Shown: piece by piece, positions 59,363-64,000 of the stretch
How positions within the stretch are numbered: position 1 is the first letter of the stretch
Layout of the letters: every line of letters begins with the position of its first letter
NCBI GenBank assembly: GCA_965248435.1
Contig: OZ252100.1
Location: forward strand, 1,152,001 to 1,216,000
Source: Candidatus Latescibacterota bacterium
GTDB taxonomy: Bacteria; Latescibacterota; UBA2968; GCA-2709665
Length of the DNA stretch: 64,000 bases
Direction: 5' to 3'
The notes under the pieces: generated by a model
What the model was told of the DNA's origin: nothing
The model's database searches: none
The model's input: only the letters and a program-made list of their open reading frames with translations
Translations under genes and position numbers: made by a program

Positions 59363-62080
59363 CTACGTGAACTCCTGAGCAACTTTATCTTCATCATTGT
59401 TTAGACGAAAAATCACTGAACTTAATTCTTCATTAAGTTGCCTATATAAATCTCCGATCTGCACCGTGACTTTCGGATACGCGATTCCCAAGACCCGGAT
59501 CTTTGCACGTTTACTCTGCTCCAGTCCTTTTCCCTTCAGTTCTCTTATATGGTGTTCGAGGCTTTCCTTCAGCCGAGTGAGCTGTTGCATGTCCTTCAAA
59601 CGGTCAAGCAGGAACTTCTTTTTTTCTTCTGAAGATTCCTTAATTATCTGAAGAAGACGTTGTGTATTATAGCGGCCTCCGCAGACTGACATCAGCGTTC
59701 TCATTATCTGGCGGGAACGCAAGCTATCAAAATCAAGGCCTTCCATATAGCGCTTTATCTTTGACTCTATCTCTAGGTTAAGACCAGAAATCACCTTTGT
59801 CTCTCTCTCGGTTTGAGAGCCGATAGAGTTTGCTTCTACTCCAGAGGTTCCAAGCAAGGTTCCGCCTAAAAGGCATAAGTTCTTAGAGCCCCCCTCGTTA
59901 CCCTGAATAGTAGCCCTTCCGACAACCGCTATTTCAGAATCTTGAGCATAGTTCCTCACTATCATATCCTTACCGACATCCACTTTGGAATCCTGTATAA
60001 ACTTAGCATAAAGGCCGCCTCCAGCCTTCACTCTAGACCCTATGATCCCACCTTGGACAGAGACATCTCCATCTGCTGTAACTATCGCACGCCTCTCAAG
60101 AGTACCGCCTACATAAACGTCTCCTGTAGCCTCAACCTTGAATTTACTCTTAACACTGCCCTGTATTTCCACATCACCTTCGAACTTGATGTTGCCCACT
60201 TCGTAATCCACATCTCCTCGAACTATGAACTTCTGTGTGACTGAAAGGGTGTCTCTACTTAATTTTGCAAATCCTCCAGACGTGGCATAGAACCTCTGCT
60301 CCACTCCTTCTTTCTTCTGAATGACATTTGCCCCTGGAAGCAAAAGATCTTGCTCGGGTTTTGGTGGCTCAAGTGTTTTGCCCCTTACATCTGCCCCAGC
60401 AGTTCCGGGCTCTGCAAATGTTCTTTTTGCAAGAAGCTGTCCGGCCTGGGCTGCAGAAACTCCATCCCTCTCTCTGAAGTCTATCTTCTCACCTTCTAGT
60501 ATTCTGCCTGGATCAGGACCTTGCTTGAACAAGAGCTCTGCCTTACCTTCCTTTCCCAAACCCGGTTTTGTGCCAGTGGCTAAAAGCACTGATATTTCAG
60601 AGTCTTCTCCTCGTGGTAATTCTCTGGATATACCTGCTATCGCATTCTTGTTGATGCCATATTTGATATGAGCTACTTCAAGAAGCTGCTCAACTTCCTC
60701 TTGACGAGGAGGAACAAATCTGTCTTTCTGGGGTAGAGATATGAAGTAGGCTTCTAACTTGTCAGGAGATATCCATATTGGTGAAAGAACTGTGATCTTA
60801 TTTTCAATTATTCCAGGATAACCATAAATTTCTGATATGTAGCGAATCCTGCCTTCATAAGCTTCCCGCCTGACATTAATTCCAGCTTTGTAAGTCTTTT
60901 GTTCTTGCTCTTCTTCTGTTATCGCAACAGGTTCGCCAAAGACGTCAATTCCAGGACCTGAATCCTCGCCTTCTGCTTGTTCTGCCAGCAAAGCACCTGA
61001 ATGAGCGATCGGAACCCTAAGGTCAAAAGTTTCTAAATCATCCTTCCTGGGCAGCTTCAACTTATTTTGTAAATCCTCAAACCTGATCTCGGGAAGAGGC
61101 TCAAATGTGAAACCTATCTTTCCCTTCGATACTTGTGGTTTTTTCCCACGAGCAACTAGAACACAAGACTCCCTCAGATTGCCTGCCGAAAGGTCCTGAC
61201 ACATCTCAGCGATTGTCTTTTCTTCAATTCCCAGGCATACGCCACTTGCTTTGAGATCATCCTGAACCTGCTGAGGAGTGGGATATGCGGGAGTTCCAAG
61301 CTGAGGAGGGTTTACGAAATAGACTTCCATTTTGTCAGAAGAAATCCAAATAGGAGAAATGACAGAAATATGCCTTTCATCAACAGACACATACCCAAAC
61401 CTTGATGCAATTAATAAATTGTCCTTTTCAGTAACACCATCGGCTGGCCTTAGAGAACTCGGGGTTGCCTCAGGGATTGTGTGTATTTTCTTGCCAAAGA
61501 TGTCGATTCCCGGCTCAATCACGTCTTCCCCTTGAACTTCCATCAGAGTCTGCCCGGGAGATACTGCAACTCCTGGCTTTCCATAGCCTCGGATCTTCTC
61601 GATACTTTCCAGCAACATGATTTCGGAAATTTCTCTAAAGATGTGTGAAGCGAGATGAAGTGGCTCGCCTGATTCAGGATCTTTGAGGTCTTTTAAGAAG
61701 GGAAAGCTTGTTTGCATCCTTTTGATATATACCGCAGCCTTTCCCAAAGCCACGAGCACGTCTTTCTGTCTCCTGCCTGTTTCATCTGCTTTAGCCACAG
61801 CCTTTATTAGTGACTCTTCCTGGACCCCTTGTGAGATTCCTTCTATTCTTAGAAGTTCTTGGATTTCCTCAAAGCTAGTAGCAGGAAACACTACTTCAAG
61901 CTTCGCCTCTAGTCTATCAGGAGAAACCAACAGATTGAGTTTGCGATGAGATGGCGGGGCAGACTGCTTTTCCCAGCCAGCGTCTTGATCCTTTTCTCTC
62001 ATCTCCTTTGAGGCTTGGTCCAAAAACTCTTCCAAGGCCTCCTCGGATACTGCATCTGGTTTTTGCTTCTCTTCTGGCAT
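59363..62080 (-). CDS. FapA/DUF342-family protein with repeated N-terminal modules
   Basis: IDFRE, G.DV.G repeats, GDVDYEVGNIKFEGDVEI.G.V, YPKVTVQIG. Confidence 0.85.
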   Translation of the reverse strand: MPEEKQKPDAVSEEALEEFLDQASKEMREKDQDAGWEKQSAPPSHRKLNLLVSPDRLEAKLEVVFPATSFEEIQELLRIEGISQGVQEESLIKAVAKADETGRRQKDVLVALGKAAVYIKRMQTSFPFLKDLKDPESGEPLHLASHIFREISEIMLLESIEKIRGYGKPGVAVSPGQTLMEVQGEDVIEPGIDIFGKKIHTIPEATPSSLRPADGVTEKDNLLIASRFGYVSVDERHISVISPIWISSDKMEVYFVNPPQLGTPAYPTPQQVQDDLKASGVCLGIEEKTIAEMCQDLSAGNLRESCVLVARGKKPQVSKGKIGFTFEPLPEIRFEDLQNKLKLPRKDDLETFDLRVPIAHSGALLAEQAEGEDSGPGIDVFGEPVAITEEEQEQKTYKAGINVRREAYEGRIRYISEIYGYPGIIENKITVLSPIWISPDKLEAYFISLPQKDRFVPPRQEEVEQLLEVAHIKYGINKNAIAGISRELPRGEDSEISVLLATGTKPGLGKEGKAELLFKQGPDPGRILEGEKIDFRERDGVSAAQAGQLLAKRTFAEPGTAGADVRGKTLEPPKPEQDLLLPGANVIQKKEGVEQRFYATSGGFAKLSRDTLSVTQKFIVRGDVDYEVGNIKFEGDVEIQGSVKSKFKVEATGDVYVGGTLERRAIVTADGDVSVQGGIIGSRVKAGGGLYAKFIQDSKVDVGKDMIVRNYAQDSEIAVVGRATIQGNEGGSKNLCLLGGTLLGTSGVEANSIGSQTERETKVISGLNLEIESKIKRYMEGLDFDSLRSRQIMRTLMSVCGGRYNTQRLLQIIKESSEEKKKFLLDRLKDMQQLTRLKESLEHHIRELKGKGLEQSKRAKIRVLGIAYPKVTVQIGDLYRQLNEELSSVIFRLNNDEDKVAQEFT

Positions 62081-63048
62081 TACTCAGTCCACATCGAAGA
62101 CATTTTCAATACATCTTCTATGTTGCCCTGCCATTCAGGCAATTCCTTTTGAAGCTTGAAATCCACCACGGCAAAGCCCATATAGGGAAGAAATTCTTCC
62201 AATTCCTCAAGTTCTTGATAGCTTAGCAAAACGTTCTGGCTTTTCCTGTCAACTTCAAGAATCGCGATAATTTCGTCGACTCTGGCTATAGGAAACATTC
62301 CAAAACAGAATATCCCATTACTACGCCTAAAATCACCTGGGTCATCGACCGTAAATCCCCTCCGTTGCTGGCATATTTTTGCAATACTCTCTTTCGTTTT
62401 CGCTTCCTTGTCCAGACCTGTGGAGTTTGAGAACCCTGTTGCCTCACTTAGTTCAGCACAGCCCTTCTCATCTACCATATAGAGAGCTCCTGCCTCACAC
62501 TCAGCCAAGCTACAGGCTAACCCCAGGGCCAAACGCAGATTATCGCCTGGAGGATTAATTGAAAGTAACGACCTCAATAGCTCGTCTCTTGCTTTCAATT
62601 GCCTAACAAGTTTCTTTAACTCTTCAGTTCTTTCCTCTACTTTAATCTCTAAGTCTCTTTGATATTCTTTGTTTCCCAGCGAAAATTGTCTGTGCTGCAG
62701 TGCACGTTTCACAGATGCCATAACATCACTTATGTCAAACGGCTTAACGAAATATTCGTAAATGCCAATTGAGATTGCTTTTCTAGCGCTCTCTAATTCA
62801 GCATACGCCGTCATCATCAACACAGGTCTATCAGCGTCCTGTTCTAAGAGTTTCTGAGAGAGGGAGAGGCCATCCATTTCTTTCATTCTAAAATCTGTGA
62901 TGATAAGGTCAAACCTATCTCCTCCTACGACCTCAAGAGCCTCTTCAGCACTTTCAGCTTCCTCTACTGAATATCCTACCTGCCTTAGCAATCTGCTCAA
63001 CATCTCTCTCACAGTCTCTTCATCGTCAACCACAAGGATTTTAGACAT
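62080..63048 (-). CDS. Response regulator with C-terminal GAF-like domain
   Basis: ILVVDDE, TDFRM, MTAY, KPF. Confidence 0.85.
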   Translation of the reverse strand: MSKILVVDDEETVREMLSRLLRQVGYSVEEAESAEEALEVVGGDRFDLIITDFRMKEMDGLSLSQKLLEQDADRPVLMMTAYAELESARKAISIGIYEYFVKPFDISDVMASVKRALQHRQFSLGNKEYQRDLEIKVEERTEELKKLVRQLKARDELLRSLLSINPPGDNLRLALGLACSLAECEAGALYMVDEKGCAELSEATGFSNSTGLDKEAKTKESIAKICQQRRGFTVDDPGDFRRSNGIFCFGMFPIARVDEIIAILEVDRKSQNVLLSYQELEELEEFLPYMGFAVVDFKLQKELPEWQGNIEDVLKMSSMWTE

Positions 63049-63085
63049 ATCAGCGCTCCGAATTTCATAATGAGAGGATGAGAAA

Positions 63086-64000
63086 CTATGAACTTCTCTT
63101 AGATGGTTCTAGAGCTTCCTCAATGGTCTTTGCAATCTTTTCCATTCTAAGTGGTTTTTCTATGAAGCCCACGATGTCAGTTGGAAGTTCAAAATCAAGC
63201 TCCACCCCAGTGATGTAGCCACTCATAGCAGCGATAGGCACATCTTTGTCAATCTCACGAACAAACTTGATAAAATTAAAACCGCTAACCTCGGGCAAAA
63301 CTAGATCTGTAAGCACAAGTGCAATCTCGTTTCTTAACTCTTTAAACAATTCCGTTCCCTCCTGTCCATCTTTGGCGGCAACGACTTCGTATCCGAGACT
63401 CTCCAGCATGGCCTGCGCAACCCTAAGCACTTCTGGTTCGTCTTCTACAACTAAGATTTTTCCTCCTCGTCCTTTCTCCAAATCCTCTGTCTTTTCTCCC
63501 TCTAGGACTTGCTCCCTCTCTGCTTTTGGAAGATATATTGTGAAGATGGTTCCAGATCCTTCCGCACTCTCAGCATCGATAAATCCTTTATGTTGCTTGA
63601 TAATGCCATAGACCTGTGCCATTCCTAGACCAGTCCCATTTTGCCTAGCTTTTGTCGTAAAGAACGGCTCGTAGATATTTGCAAGAACTTCCTTGGACAT
63701 ACCACAACCTGTATCCTTAACAGCCAGCACAACCCACTCTCCTTCTCCAATCCTTATTCTTCTTCCTGACTTTACATCACGAACCCATCTCCTCTCTTCC
63801 TTTTCGATTTTAGATGAAGACAGCTCAATTCCCAACTCTCCTCCGTCCGGCATCGCATCCTTGGCATTTAAAGCTAGGTTAGTTATGACTTGTTGAAGTT
63901 GCGTTAGGTTTGTATTAACCAAACACCTTTCATCATCAAATCCTGTTACAAGCTGAATATCCGCCGGCAAAGTTCTCTGCAAGAGCTTTGTGGTTTCCCT
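63086..64000 (-). CDS. Hybrid sensor histidine kinase (5' end outside the window)
   Basis: NLALNAKDAM, DTGCGM, FFTTK, GTGLG, and a receiver domain. Confidence 0.9.
   Translation of the reverse strand, partial: RETTKLLQRTLPADIQLVTGFDDERCLVNTNLTQLQQVITNLALNAKDAMPDGGELGIELSSSKIEKEERRWVRDVKSGRRIRIGEGEWVVLAVKDTGCGMSKEVLANIYEPFFTTKARQNGTGLGMAQVYGIIKQHKGFIDAESAEGSGTIFTIYLPKAEREQVLEGEKTEDLEKGRGGKILVVEDEPEVLRVAQAMLESLGYEVVAAKDGQEGTELFKELRNEIALVLTDLVLPEVSGFNFIKFVREIDKDVPIAAMSGYITGVELDFELPTDIVGFIEKPLRMEKIAKTIEEALEPSKRSS

Larger units (their letters stand above)
22403..64000. mobile_element. Composite low-GC genomic island at tRNA-Ala; right end not seen
   Basis: Abrupt GC drop after the tRNA, IHF-like site at 22407-22419, two tyrosine integrases, mobile-element cargo. 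Confidence 0.75.

Noticed and set aside
22380-64000. attR copy of the tRNA-Ala 3' end
   Set aside because: No convincing duplicate seen by eye; AGCTCCACC near 63198 is short and inside a CDS.

Overview
The window has two parts. Bases 1-22402 are GC-rich host chromosome, probably an FCB-group candidate phylum such as Latescibacterota (inference from gene content). They carry partial lolD, lysS, prfB with its programmed +1 frameshift, lolA, an IS30 element, ftsK, a lamin-tail protein, a vWA membrane protein, tsaD, a dicarboxylate/amino acid symporter, an XPB-like helicase, a UbiA prenyltransferase, HU, a response regulator, a candidate ncRNA, ligA and tRNA-Ala(GGC). Directly after the tRNA, GC content drops visibly and a composite island runs to the end of the window; I found no attR. 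The island holds, in order: (1) a putative defence pair (multi-TM protein plus MBL hydrolase); (2) element A, with tyrosine integrase, excisionase, a HerA/VirB4-like ATPase fused to wHTH and a PD-(D/E)xK-like domain, and a membrane/vWA operon; (3) an HTH-NACHT-HEAT protein and a broken TIR/NDT-like gene; (4) element B (~41.3-54.2 kb), which looks archaeal (DPANN-like), with BRE/TATA-like promoters, a Zn-ribbon integrase, a second ATPase-wHTH-nuclease fusion, vapBC, radC, DUF2958, an SSB-like protein, a Cys-repeat surface protein and a structured non-coding leader; (5) bacterial surface and signalling genes. The strongest leads are the integrase plus ATPase-nuclease fusion found twice, and the apparently archaeal element inside a bacterial island. 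All family calls come from reading motifs by eye; no database searches were run.
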